Below, piece after piece: positions 11,513 through 24,385 of a DNA stretch of 64,000 nt (positions within the stretch are counted from its first letter, which is position 1; every line of letters starts with the position of its first letter). Below the pieces are notes generated by a model. That model saw only the letters and a program-made list of their open reading frames with translations, had not been told where the DNA came from and did no database searches. The position numbers and the translations under genes are program-made. The DNA is taken from the NCBI RefSeq assembly GCF_006345805.1, contig NC_043001.1, positions 27,652,001 to 27,716,000 of the forward strand, given 5' to 3'. The DNA comes from Octopus sinensis. Taxonomy: Eukaryota.

Positions 11513-11628
11513 GGATGGATGGATGGATGGATGGATGGATGGATGGATGTATGGATGGATGGATGGATGGATAGATAGATAGAGATAGATAGATAGATAG
11601 ATATAGATAGATAGATAGATAGATAGAT

Positions 11629-11661
<33 letters not shown>

Positions 11662-11670
11662 CAGACATAC
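11340..11670. repeat. (AGAT)n/(GGAT)n microsatellite
   Basis: Direct reading. Confidence 0.95.
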
Positions 11671-12404
11671 ATACCTAAGTGCATACATATACATATATAA
11701 TTTAATCATCCATAGCTAATTAACTTGTTCGGACTTATGCCAAGATCATACGTTAAGAATATGAATACGTTAAGAAAACATGCTGGAAACAAATTAAGTA
11801 TATTTGACAAATTGGCTTTTAATTGCTTTAGCTTGATTATTAGTCGAATTTTATTATTCCACTCTAATCACAGCAATAACAAAAATATGTTGATTCAATG
11901 TTACATTACAAGTAACTTTTATTAATAAGGCATATATTAACTAAAAATATAAATTAATCCATTCTAATCTTGACAAGAATTTAAATGTTTTAATCTCCTT
12001 CAATCTTACAAGTAACTAAAACACATTAGTACAGTATAATATTACTATACAATCATGGCTGTATGTTTCAGAAATTTGTTTCTTAACATAGTTCTAGGTT
12101 TGATCCTACAGTTTGGTACCTTGGACAAGTATCTTCTATGCAGCCTTGAGCTAAATAATATCTTGTGAGCGAAACTGGTAGACTAAAACTCTACAGAAGC
12201 CTGCTCTGTCTTACATGTGTATGTATATCTATATTTTTCACTGTTCTACGTCTATATCTTTTGCTAATGTATGTCAGCAAATGATGTAAATATTGGTGAG
12301 ATAACCTATAAAATGGCATACTAAATAAAAACAAATACACAAACATCTTGTTGCATATATTCACTATATAGAGACTCTTTTGATATTTTCAATATCAGAA
12401 ATGT

Positions 12405-12725
12405 GAATGCACATGGCTTAGTGGTTAGAGAGTTCAGCTCACATTCATAAGGTTATGAGTTTGATTGCTGGAGGTGCATTGTGTTCTTGAGCAAGGAACT
12501 TTATTTCACATTGCTTTAGTCCACTCAGCTGGCAAAAATGAGTTGTACCTACATTTCAAAGGACTTTGTCACATTTTGTGTTACACTGAATCTCCTTCAG
12601 AACTATGTTATGGGTACAAGCATCTGTGGAGTGCTCAGCCACTTGCATATTGATTTCATGAACAAGCTTTTCTGTTGACTGAATCAACTGGAACTCTCAT
12701 CATCAAAACCGACATAGTACCAGGC
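12405..12725 (+). mobile_element. tRNA-derived SINE with CORE-like centre and family-D-type 3' part
   Basis: TGGCTTAGTGGTTAGAG head and GTGTTCTTGAGCAAGG block. The 3' part (GCTCAGCCACTTGCA...GAATCAACTGGAAC) is shared with 59020-59365. Confidence 0.7.
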
Positions 12726-12941
12726 CATCAAAAATGCTGTGACCCAATGATTGGCTAATTTGAAACTATAGCCAACAACATTATGGTTCAAAAATGCATG
12801 ATTTAAATTTTTTAAAATATGTGAATAGCATTATTTCATACATAACAATATGACATTCTTCTTGACTTCATCTTTCTTAAAACCTTTAGGGAAGTAAAAT
12901 ATTCATATAATTATTTGGTTTTAAACAAGACACTTTAGTTA

Positions 12942-14194
12942 TTAGGTTGTTCCAAAAATAATAGCATATTTCAGAAACATAATTTTATTCTGGAAAAATT
13001 AACAATAGAAATGTTTTGATTAGTCAAAGTATGAACTGTGAACATCTATGTATCACTGCCATCGATCAACAAGATTATTTATGCCTCGTTGATGAAAACT
13101 TATTGGCTTTGATGCTAAGAAATCTTTGAAAGCTGATTCCATCTCTGGTTTGGACCTAAAAGTTTTATCCCTTAAAAACGTGTTTAAATGCTTTAAAAAA
13201 TGGTAGTCAGTGGGTGAAAGATCAGGAGAATATGGCGGTGGTAGTAAAGTCTTGTATTCCAAGTTTGTGAGTTTCTGCAGCATCATTCTTGCAACATGTG
13301 GCTTTGTATTATTGTGGAGCAGAATTGGGCCATGCCAATTCACCAATGCAGGTCTCATTTTTTGCAAGTGAGCATGCATTTCAGTGAGTTGATTGCAGTA
13401 AACATCTGCTGTAATGCTCTGATTGGCTTCCAGAAAGCTGTAATGGACAACACCATCAGATAGTCACCATAATCTTTTACTGCTGCAACTTTGGCTTTGG
13501 GAAATGTTTGGGGGATTCATTACAATCAAGTCATTGACCTCATCATTTATGGTTATCATAAAGGATCCACTTTACGTCACAAGTGACTATTTGGTCAAGA
13601 AAAGGATCACTGATGTTTTGCAGGAAAGCATTGAGCACACTTCGAAACACCAAACTTTTTGATTTTCATTGAGCTTATGTGGTACTCATTTATTGAGCTT
13701 TTTCACCTTACCAATCTTCTGCAGATTGCATGAGACTGTTGCAATATCGACACCAAGTGCCTGAGACATTTCTCTGACACTTTGACATGGGTTTCATTCA
13801 ACAATTGCTTTCAATTGTTCATTGTCAAGATTGCATGACCGTTCTTCTTCATCTTCAAGGCTCTCATCACCACTATGTAATTTCTGAAACCACCTTTGTG
13901 CGATCACTTGTGGACCCCTCTCCCCATGCTCTTTTGATATTGGCAGCGGTTTGGGAGGCATTGTGTCTAAGCTTGAACTCCTGCAAGAAAAGTAAGTGAA
14001 GGTCCTTTTCTGTCATGTTCATAATTAAGGGCGCCTATGCTTCAAGAATGTTTTCTGTCTGAAAAAAGTAGAAAATTATTACAGAGCATACATCAATTAC
14101 TAAGTATGTCGAAATTCACCTAAAATATAATTAAAATACTATGATAAAATTGCATTTCAAAATACAAGTGGCCATTATTTTCAGAACAACCTAA
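12942..14194 (-). mobile_element. Full-length decayed mariner transposon (transposase pseudogene ~13020-14022)
   Basis: TA-flanked TIRs TTAGGTTGTTC(C/T)(A/G)AAAATAAT. Translated motifs MTEKDLHLLFLQEFKL, IVTCDVKWILYDN, LLHNNTKPH, PPYSPDLSPTDYHFLKHL. Stops and frameshifts present. Confidence 0.92.
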
Positions 14195-15138
14195 TACTTC
14201 AATAGGTAAAAGCTACAATCATAGAATTCAAAATACAGCACCATCCCATACAGTTTAGTGTTTCACCTGTGGTCATCTGAAAGGAAAAGGATATTGTTAA
14301 AGCCTTGGCATATTCAGAATTTAATCTCCCTTTCATTCTCTGTCTCTCTCTTTCTTAAAAAAAAGGTGAAAGAAAGTAAATACACTAAATTTACTTTGCA
14401 TCAATGTTTTATGAAGATATGTTTTTGATTCTCTTTCATAAGAGTACTAACAATCACTTGTTAAAATGTCATTTGACATTTTTTATCAACAAACATCAGT
14501 TCCCTATTCTCTTTCAAGTTGAATAAATATTGAATTCAATTTGAATTTACAGCTAACATTTCACTATCAATACCTTAATTCTATGCACCCCGATTCACAT
14601 AGCTCTCAGCAGAAGTTATCAGTTCTTATGGGAATATTATCCCTTACAGATTGGATTCTTACCTCTTATCTGCTTAATTTTTTTAAACTAAAGTTGAGTA
14701 CAGCCTTAATGAATCCATCAGGGCTTTTTAAAGATAATATTTTTAAAGATAATCTCTTATAGAATTTCCTAACTAGTATTCAGAAGCAGAAGTCACTTGA
14801 TAAGATGTATGAATTAGAATTAAACCAGTTGTTTTTAATTGTCTTGTTAGATCAAATTTAGTTTTAGATTTCAAATTAAGATTCTGAAGTTTCAGGCAAA
14901 TATATTAATTGAATTTTCATAAACCAAAGTAAAAATGGAATGTTTATGTTTCATACTCTTTTACTTGTTTCAGTCATTTGACTGTGGCCATGCTGGAGCA
15001 CTGCCTTTAGTTGAGCAAATCGACCCCAGGACTTATTCTTTGTAAGCTTAGTACTTATTCTATCAGTCTCTTTTGCCGAACCACTAAGCTACGAGAACCT
15101 AAACACACCAGCATCAGTTGTCAAGCACAGACACACAA

Positions 15139-15180
<42 letters not shown>

Positions 15181-15375
15181 CACACACACACACACACATA
15201 TATACGACGAGCTTCTTTCAGTTTCCGTCTACCAAGTCCACTCACAAGGCTTTGGTCGGCCTGAGGCTATAGTAGAAGACACTTGCCCAAGGTGCCACGC
15301 AGTGGGACTGAACCCGGAACGTCCTTTTAATTTACACACCACTATACTTAAATATATACATACACTCACATATAT

Positions 15376-15411
<36 letters not shown>

Positions 15412-15489
15412 AAACTCCACTGATAGGGTATTGGTCAACCAGAGGCTATTGTAGAAGATACCCAAGATGCCAAACAGTGAGATAAAATC

Positions 15490-17150
15490 TATAATTGCAT
15501 GTTGCAAGGTTAACTTTCAATCACACAACCATGCCTGGGCTACATTCATTTCTAAGTGAGCTATAAATTACATTATTTTTAGCTGTCAAACTATCAGTAT
15601 TTTCCTCACAGCTATAACTAACTTTTCTGTTGTTTTTATCGAAGTGCTTTATATACCTTTCATCAGTGTGAATATGCTTTCTGAAAAATGTAAGCAAACA
15701 TCTATTCATGTTAGCTGCTACATTTATGCCCAATTGTGGGTTTATTTTCTTGGTTTTATTATTCTACTGTTTTTGTCCTTACATATTCAGTTTCTCTTTA
15801 AATACACTATTTATAAGAAAACTGTGAAACATGATAAAAATATTTTTGCTGAAAGTTATTTTGGATATTTTCCTTACTGAATACTTTGGTGGATGATTAA
15901 AATTTTCACGAATATATATAGCTTGTCTTTCTCTAAGGAATAATAATCATCAATAATTAGATCTAATGACATGTCAAAAATGTTGACAGTTCTAGCAGGA
16001 TTTTTTTCAGTTAAATTTCTTGAATGCTTTATGAAATTATTTTAAAACATGCCTTGATTATTGCTATTCATGAAGTTGGATGTTTCCAACCTATTATTTT
16101 TGTATATCTCTTATATCTTGGGAGCTGAAAACCTAATTGTGAATGTATCCAGAAGCTACCGATTTACTTATTCCTACACCTTTATTACATCATAGTTATA
16201 CTGACATTGGATAGTTATTTTTTTTATCTATAAGTAGTTGTCAAAGACCAAAAGAGTCTTCTTAATATGCAGATTTTTATGGATATTATTATTGTACAAA
16301 ATAATTTTAAAATTCTTACTAAATTCCAAACTCTTTGGAGGAGATATTTGGATGCTTGGCAATTAATGAATAATTTCTATTAAAATAAGATAAATTTATA
16401 GTGTTTTTTGTTTTTTAAAGTTGTAAAGTCTGCAATGATGTTTTGATCCATTGTGATAGACTAGTTATAAATTGATGGTGTTGAGGACATGTTTCACAAA
16501 CTAACTGGTATGTCAGTGATTTGTATCCTATTATTGGGATTTATAGTGTCTGTTGCCAAGACACTTTATCTCAAAATGCTCAATCCATTATGCTATTTAC
16601 TTATACACAATAACTATCTGTATGTACCATATGGCAGGAACAATTTTGTTAGCTAGCAACACTGATCTCCTAGGACTGGATATAATCTTGTTTCTTACTC
16701 AAATAAATTCTCTATGTGTCTCTTTTCATGCTTGTAGATTGATAAAACCACTTATTTTGTTTATTGGGGATTAAGCATCACATAAAACTGCATAATAATG
16801 CTATTCTTCTCTATGAAGCAAAGTGTATTTGGCCATGAAGCTGCATGATAATGCAACGTATAAATACTGACCAATAGATTCACTCATTGTCAGAACTTGT
16901 TAAGATTTTTCAACTGTTGACTCAACAATGACTAAACCATATTTGGTACTACTTCTTTGTTTTGAATGTATATTGATTGCTGATCATGTCTGTACTGTGG
17001 TGACTTTTTTAAGCTTGCACAGATATTTCAGTTCACACGTGAAAATTTCAGCAACTGCAAGTTTCCAGCTGAGTATCTATAGAAATCCAAGTACATTTTT
17101 CTGAATGATTTTAAGAGGAATAATTTTCGATGATTTTTCAAGATCTAAAT
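15490..17150 (-). mobile_element. Decayed Penelope-like element (PLE) RT ORF
   Basis: Collinear degenerate PLE motifs read across frameshifts: R.INP, KHVLNTIN, QW, YKFILF, DI..YKNNRL (YRDDGL position), TVNIFDMSLDL, YIRENFNHPP, NPQLGINVAAN and KHFDKNNRKVSYSCEENTDS. Confidence 0.7.
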
Positions 17151-18142
17151 TTTTTTTTTTGTCTAAAAGTATGCATATAGCACACAGTTTTAAACAAGCT
17201 TAAGTGCAGTTTCAGCTGTATGCTAGGGCACAGTTTACATTTATATTATAAAATGTAGTCACGTATTAAATGTTTATGAGATTTGTTTCCTTCACAGTTG
17301 TGATGTGCCATGTTTTCACATGAGCAAAACTGAGAAGAAGAAAAAAACACACACTGTATTATTTATTTGACCCAGATCAGGTCATACAACTCAGCCAATG
17401 AAGTCACTTCTTAGGCTTCTCTGCATTAACTCCAATGCAAGCATATAAATCACATGTTACATTCAGGCAGAATGGACTTCTGTTAATTCAGCTCTGTAAA
17501 TTCATCTTATGTAATTACATTGGGGAAAATACACTGCCTATAATTTCATCATCTGGTAATATCATCACAAGGTAATTACATCATTACCCAATAGATTGTC
17601 AATAAATTTATCATACAGTCAAATATATTGTTGGTAAACTCATCATCATAGATTTTATCTGCAAAGTTAGTATATCACTAAACATAATTTAGAATTCTTA
17701 TTTGTTGAATAAATACGTCTTATTTAATTATATAATTAGTACAAAGATTGTATAAGTTTGGAATATAGTTCAGAAATGTGCCATGAATGTGTGTGTATGT
17801 GTGTATCATCACTAGAAAATGTAAACATCAGGGAAACAATATGTGAAAAAAGCAATATGGACAAGTGTCCCATTGGTTGACTGTAACTATGGAAGGATAT
17901 CAAAGACATAACCAACAATGTAAATACTTTCATTATCGATTTCTTCGTTTCTTTAAATACTTTCTTAACAAAATGTCAACATTTGAATTTTTAAAATAAT
18001 CAATAAAGATACCATATATTGTAGTATAATTTTCAATTATTGATGTGATTTCATTGTTTCTATGAAGAAACAACTGAATAAAGATTTATTAAGCAATAAT
18101 TTCTTTGTGATCTTTCCAAACTAACATTTAATTTGCATATAT

Positions 18143-18398
18143 AAGGTGTGACTGTGTGGTAAGAAGTTTCCTTCTCAACCATATGGTTCTAGGTTCAGTT
18201 CCATTGCATAACAACTTGAGCAAGTGTCTTTTACCATAGCTCCAGACCAACTAATGCTTGGTGAATGAATTTGGTAGAGAGAAACTAAAGCCTATCTGTC
18301 TGTCTGTCTGTCTATCTCTCTATTCATGCATGCATGCATACATACATGCATACATACATACATACATACGTACATACATACATACATACATACATACA

Positions 18399-18429
<31 letters not shown>

Positions 18430-18697
18430 GTGTATATTTGAGTGGTGTGTGTGTGTTTGTGTCTCTTTGTTTTGACTTTGTGTGGTACTTGTAAATGAGT
18501 GTCACTGTCATACAAGCAGTGTCATTTATTTCCAATATTCTGTGAAAATGTCTTGCCATGAGGATATACTATTTTACTTGGAAACAGGTGAGGATTGGTG
18601 ACAGGATGGTCATCCAACTGTAGAAAATCTGTTTCAAATAAATTCCGTTCAACCAATGCAGGCATGGAAAAGTGGATGTTAAATAATAATGATGATA
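18143..18697 (+). mobile_element. CORE-like SINE family B2 (RTE-derived 3' end) containing a (CATA)n expansion
   Basis: B head followed by a tail ending CATCCAACTGTAGAAAATCTG...CATGGAAAAGTGGATGTTAAA(TAA/TGA)n. Other B2 copies at ~25260-25450, 30200-30620, 50050-50420, 59960-60305 (-) and 54290-54645, 62725-63055 (+). Confidence 0.8.
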
Positions 18698-18705
18698 ACA
18701 TCCTG

Positions 18706-19592
18706 CTGTGGACATGCGTAGGCTTGAAAGAAATGAAGCTATTATGATCTGCTGGATGTATAATGTCAGTGTGCATACACGACAGAGTGTAAGTGCCCTG
18801 AGAGAAAACTTGGGCATAAGAAGCATCAAATGTGGTGTGCAAGAGAGGCGTCTATCCTGGTATGGTCATGAGTTGCATATGAATGAAGACAGCTGTGTGA
18901 GGAAGTGCCACTCCCTAACTGTAGAAGGAACCTGTGGAAGAGGTAGACCCAGGAAGACATGGGATGAGGTGGGGAAGCATGGCCTTCGAACATTGGGCCA
19001 TACAGAGGCAATGATGGGAGACCGAGACCTTTGGAGATATGCTGTGATTGAGACCTGGAAACTAAAGTGAGATCACAGCCACACATGTCCGGCCCAGTTA
19101 AGAATATCCCTGCTGTATCGGGCGATATGATATGCTTGAGAAGACCTGTTGAGTCAAGTAAAACTAATATCGTAGTTGTGGCCAGTGCCCCCTGACTGGC
19201 TCCCGTGCCAGTGGCACATAAAAAGCACCATCCAAATGTGGTTGATGCCAGGTCTGCCTGACTGGCTTCCGTGCCAGCGGCACATAAAAAGCACCAACTG
19301 ATTGTGGTCAATGCCAGTACCCCTTAACTGGCTCTTGTGCCAGTGGCATGTAAAAAGTACCATCCAAACATGATCGATGCCAGGCCTGCTGACTGGCTCC
19401 TGCACTGGTGGCACATAAAAAGCACCCACTACACCCTCAGAGTGGTTGATGTTAGGAAGGGCATCCAGCTGTAGAAACATTGCCTGATCAGATTGGAGCC
19501 TGGTGCAGCCGCTGGCTCTCCAGATCTCAGTCAAACCTTCCAACCCATGCCAGCATGGAAAACGGACGTTAAACGACGATGATGAGGATGAT
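18706..19592 (+). mobile_element. 5'-truncated RTE LINE (ORF2 C-terminus plus 3' UTR)
   Basis: RRLERNEA...VQERRLSWYGH...EGTCGRGRPRKTWDEV...DRDLWR. The 3' UTR has four ~65-bp units and ends GGACGTTAAACGACGATGATG. Confidence 0.92.
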
Positions 19593-21645
19593 TTCTTCTA
19601 GTGACTTTAATAATATAAGCATATATTGTGTGTGTGCTTGTATTTCCATACACACACATGTCAGTTAAAAACACATCCTAATTCTGTCAAAACACAAGCA
19701 AATCTATTTTAAAGTGCTTCAGGGAATAATAATAGTTGACGATTTCAGGGCTATGGCAAAACACTAAAATAGAAATGAAATAGATTTAAAAAACAAGAGA
19801 ATATTCCACTCAAAACAGATATTATTAATTCCAGAACCATGCATAGAGTCAATAAGGTATGTTTTCTCTTCAGCTGTACTAATAAGCAATATATATTAAG
19901 AATACATGGGAAATAGATTCTCTCAAATGCCCAGGTGATTCCCTAGAGGTATAGATAGTATATTTAACATCCTCTCATATCTGTTGTTGATGCATCCACC
20001 ATTTTTGTCCTCCACTCACTGTAGCCACCACTACATACCTCTGGTCTCCATCTCTGTCCCTATGCATTTCTCTTCCCCCCCCCCGTCTGCCATTCTCCCA
20101 CACCACACATCATCTCTCTCCTTTTTTTTATCTATCTACAGGCTTATTATACTGCTGTTCTCCATCGTTCCTGTACTGCCACTTATTAGCTCCTCCTTCC
20201 TGGGTTATTTCTTTTACCTTCCCCTTCCCCATACTGATATTTACCACTGACCACACCTCCGCACTTGTACATTACTCACTTCCTTCATCTCCGTCTCTAA
20301 CCAACTATCGCTCTACTCTCATGCTCCTATGAACTTATCCATCCACAACTCTCAATCCTTGGTCCACATTCTGTCTTTTACTCACCTTCCAGTACCTTGG
20401 AATACACTCCGACACCTCATCATCAATATTTTATCTTCTTTCCAGCTACTCCGTCTCACTCTCATAGCCATGTACCTCTTCTATTGTATGATACATATGC
20501 TTTTCCTATCATATTTTAGTCTAGCCGTATTCTGTCTGCTGTTACATTCTGAGTTCAAATTCCGCCGAGGTCGACTTTCATCCTTCTGTGGTCGATAAAT
20601 TAAGTACCAGTTACGCACTGGGGTTGATATAATCGACTTAATCCGGTTGTCTGACCTTGTTTGTCCCCTCTGTGTGTAGCCCATTGTGGGCAGTAAAGAA
20701 ATAGGTATAAAACCATCTCCCCATTGCTACCTATTACAGCCTCCACTCAATGAATGAGGCTTCTTCTGTTTTTCTTCGTCATGCATGTTACTTGGTAATC
20801 TTACTAGATGATGATGATGATTATATATATAATATATGTATGTACACACACACACACCACACACACACACAAATTCATGTACATGTCATATCATCATCAT
20901 CATCATCATCATCGTCTCCAGCATCATCGCTGCTGTCATCATCATCTTTTAATGTCTGTCATTCAGTGATTGGCCTGTTGGAAACCTGTAACCAATTTTG
21001 CCATTGATCAGAAAATGCATCATATAGTATTAAAAAAAAAAATAGTTATAAGAATAACAGGCTGAAGTTGATTTGTTCTTCAATCTCAGCTTAAACCATT
21101 CTGTGACATGCATATGTAATTATCTCTGGCAAAGCATTCTAAGTATTCCTCTGCTTTTTGCTATTTACTGTTATAGTGTTCTCTTTTTCAATTCAATAAA
21201 AAAACATAAGTCATCATATATTTAACTGCAAACCTCTATACAGAGTTTATGTTTGCATAATGTATTCCATACTCAAATAATCCCTGTCATTTTTGACAGG
21301 TTCTAGGCCAGTTATTTATTTTAAGATAACGGTAGCTGTTGATAGTTTATAAGTAGTTTCTGGTCAGAATGATAATACTGGTTTCAAATTTTTGCACAAG
21401 GCCAGTAATTTTGGGGAGAGAGTAAGTTGATTACGTCAACCCCAGTGCTCAACTAGTACTTAGCTCATCAACCCCAAAAGGATGAAAGGCAAAGTCAACT
21501 TCAGTGACATTTAATCTCAGAATGTCAAGACAGATGAAATGCTGCGAAGCATTTTGCCTGGTGTGATAACAATTCTGCCAGCTCGGCGCCTTAGTCAGAA
21601 TGATAATTCTGTGTGTGTGTATGTGTGTGTGTGTGTGTGTGTGCA

Positions 21646-21690
<45 letters not shown>

Positions 21691-22722
21691 ATGCATGTGT
21701 TTGTATTTGTCCCCTGCCACTTGACAACTGATGTTAGGTTGTTTACAGCCCTGTAACTTAGCAGTTCAGCCAAAGAAACTGATAGAATAAATACTAGACC
21801 TTAAAAAAAAAAATGAAAAAGAAGTACTGGTCTCAATTTGCACAACGATACCATTTAAGGCAGTGCTCCAGCATGGCCATAACCAAATGACTGAAACAAG
21901 TAAAAATGGTAACAAAAGAAAAGTTAAGTGACACACGAAGACAAAATCTATAAATTAATTGATGTAAGAATTAACACAATGTGATGAGCATGTTAATTCA
22001 TGAAGGCCATATGCATAGTGAAGAGAGGTAAAACCATTGATCAATGCTTATCTCATCCAACCAAGCAAAAGTGACAAAGTAAAGCAGAAAAGTGATTTCC
22101 CACACCCACCTTCCTTTTGAAATGATTGCTGTACCAGAGTTTTAATTAAATCTACATGGAGATAGACAATATGGGGAAAGGGGGAATAAAAGGAAATGTT
22201 GACAACTCCAAATCTGATTCAGTCTTATTAAAACTCCTCAGCAAAACATAGTGCCTGCTAGATCGATAAAGAGAAAGCTATATATGCATTGCAGGTAAGA
22301 CAAAACAATAATTAGCCAGGAATATTATCCACACACAAAAAAAATTGTGAAGCAAGTGCTAACACAATGTGATGAGAATCATGGTCATTGTTCTGCCCAA
22401 TTTATCTTTCATAAAGTCTGTATGAATTACACCCCATATAAGAAATAAAGGCAACTGTATATATTTGACTTGTCTAAATATGTCTGTGTACCTTATATAT
22501 CACATCGAATATGGTAATACACACTTCTATTGATATATCAGTACAGGGCTGCTGGATGAAATGCTTAATGGTATTTTGCCCATTGCTATGTTCTGAGTTC
22601 AAATTCCGCCAAGGTTGACTTTGCCTTTCATCATCTCAGGGCTGATAAATTGAGTACCAGTGAAACACTGGGGTCGATGTAATCGACTAGTCTCCTCCCA
22701 TCAAATTTCAGGCCTTGTGTCT

Positions 22723-23135
22723 GAAGCCAAGATTATAGATATCGCAATACCTGGGGATGTATGCATAAGTGACATACCTGGGGATGTGTGCATAAGTGAC
22801 AAAGAACAAGAAAAGATTGAAAAGTACAGACAACTTAAAGACAAAATTGCAATAATGGGAACCATGAGGAGAGTGTCTGTCATCCTAGTAGTTGTAGGGG
22901 CACTCAGAGCACTAACAACCAAGTTTGAGAAATATATCAGAGAAATTGGAATAGACATAAGAGCAGGCCCAAAAATCTGCCCTGCCCTGGATTTTGTGAT
23001 TAGTACTTGGGTGTTGAATGTCTTCCAAGATAAATTCACGAAGCTTATAATGTGCAGAAAAAGACCCTGTGAGACTTCAGACAACAGGCTGCTGTCCGCT
23101 CTCACAGAATCAACCAGAACAAACAAGATATGACA
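22723..23135 (+). mobile_element. RLE-bearing non-LTR retrotransposon 3' fragment (R4/Dong-like)
   Basis: KIIDIAIPGD..ISDKEQEKIEKY.QLKD.I...VVVGAL...KFEKYI..IGI matches the restriction-like endonuclease C-terminus. It contains a 27-bp tandem duplication (22747-22800). Confidence 0.75.
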
Positions 23136-23994
23136 AGCTTCTTTTAGTTACTGTTTACCAAATCTATTGACAAATCTTTGGTCAGCCTAGGGCTATAGTA
23201 GAAGATATTTGCACAAGGTGCCGCACAGTAGGGCTGAATCCAAATCATGTTGTTGGGAAGCAAATTACAAGCATTTCATGAATACCATTAAGCACCTTTT
23301 ACATGGGTTGAAATTTATATTATTTATATTACAAAAGGTGTAGGAGTGGCTGTGGTAAGTAGCTTGCTTACCAACCATATGGTTCCAGGTTCAGTCCTAC
23401 TGCGTGGCACCTTAGGCATGTGTCTTCTACTATAGCCTCGGGCTGATCAAAGCCTTGTGAGTGGATTTGGTAGACGGAAACCGAAAGAAGACCGTTGTAT
23501 ATATGTATGTATGTGTATGTGTTTGTGTGTCTGTGTTTGTCCCCACCAACATCACTTGACAACCGATGCTGGTGTGTTTACGTCCCTGTAGCTTGTCAGT
23601 TCGGCAAAAGGGACTGATAGAATAAGTACAAGGCTTACAAAGAATAAGTTCATGAGGGTCAATTTGCTCGACTAAAGGCGGTGCTCCAGCATGGCTACAG
23701 TCAAAATGATTGAAACACGTAAAAGTGTAAAAGGAAAAAGTATTATGTAAGTGACATTACTCATATTCTAATGGCTCTAATATACACATGGCTAGATTTC
23801 TCTAACATCCAGAGTATAACTCAATGTGTCTCCATAATAGCAAATGAAAAATCCATTGCCAAATTTTGAATTAAATGCTTATATATTTTGCTCTGTCTCC
23901 TCAATGGTCTCTGCTTTCCATGGGTTGGACTGTTTGATAAGAGCTGATGAGCCAGAGACTGCATTAAGCTCTACTGTCTGCTTTGGCATGGTTT

Positions 23995-24385
23995 TTTATT
24001 TCTTTACTGCTCACAAGGGGCTACACACAGAGGGGACAAACAAGGACAGACAGATTAAGTCGATTATATCAACTCCAGTGCGTAACTAGTACTTATTTAA
24101 TCGACCCTGAAAGGATGAAAGGCAAAGTTGACCTTGGTGGAATTTGAACTTAGAACGTAATGGCAGACGAAATACCTATTTCTTTACTACCCACAGGGGC
24201 TAAACACAGAAGGGACAAACGGATTAAGTCAATTATATCAACCCCAGCACTTAACTAGTACTTATTTAATCGACCCCAAAAGTATGAAAGGCAAAGTCAA
24301 CCTCGGTGGAATTTGAACTCAGAACGTAATGGCAGACGAAATACCGCTAAGCATTTCGCCCAGTGCGCTAACGTTTCTACCAGCT
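23995..24385 (-). mobile_element. Head-to-tail tandem dimer of SINE family A
   Basis: Two successive copies with the junction near 24176. Confidence 0.85.

Noticed and set aside
14663-14884. Minus-strand exon ending at GAG|GTAAGA
   Set aside because: All frames are closed from every plausible acceptor; it could only be non-coding.
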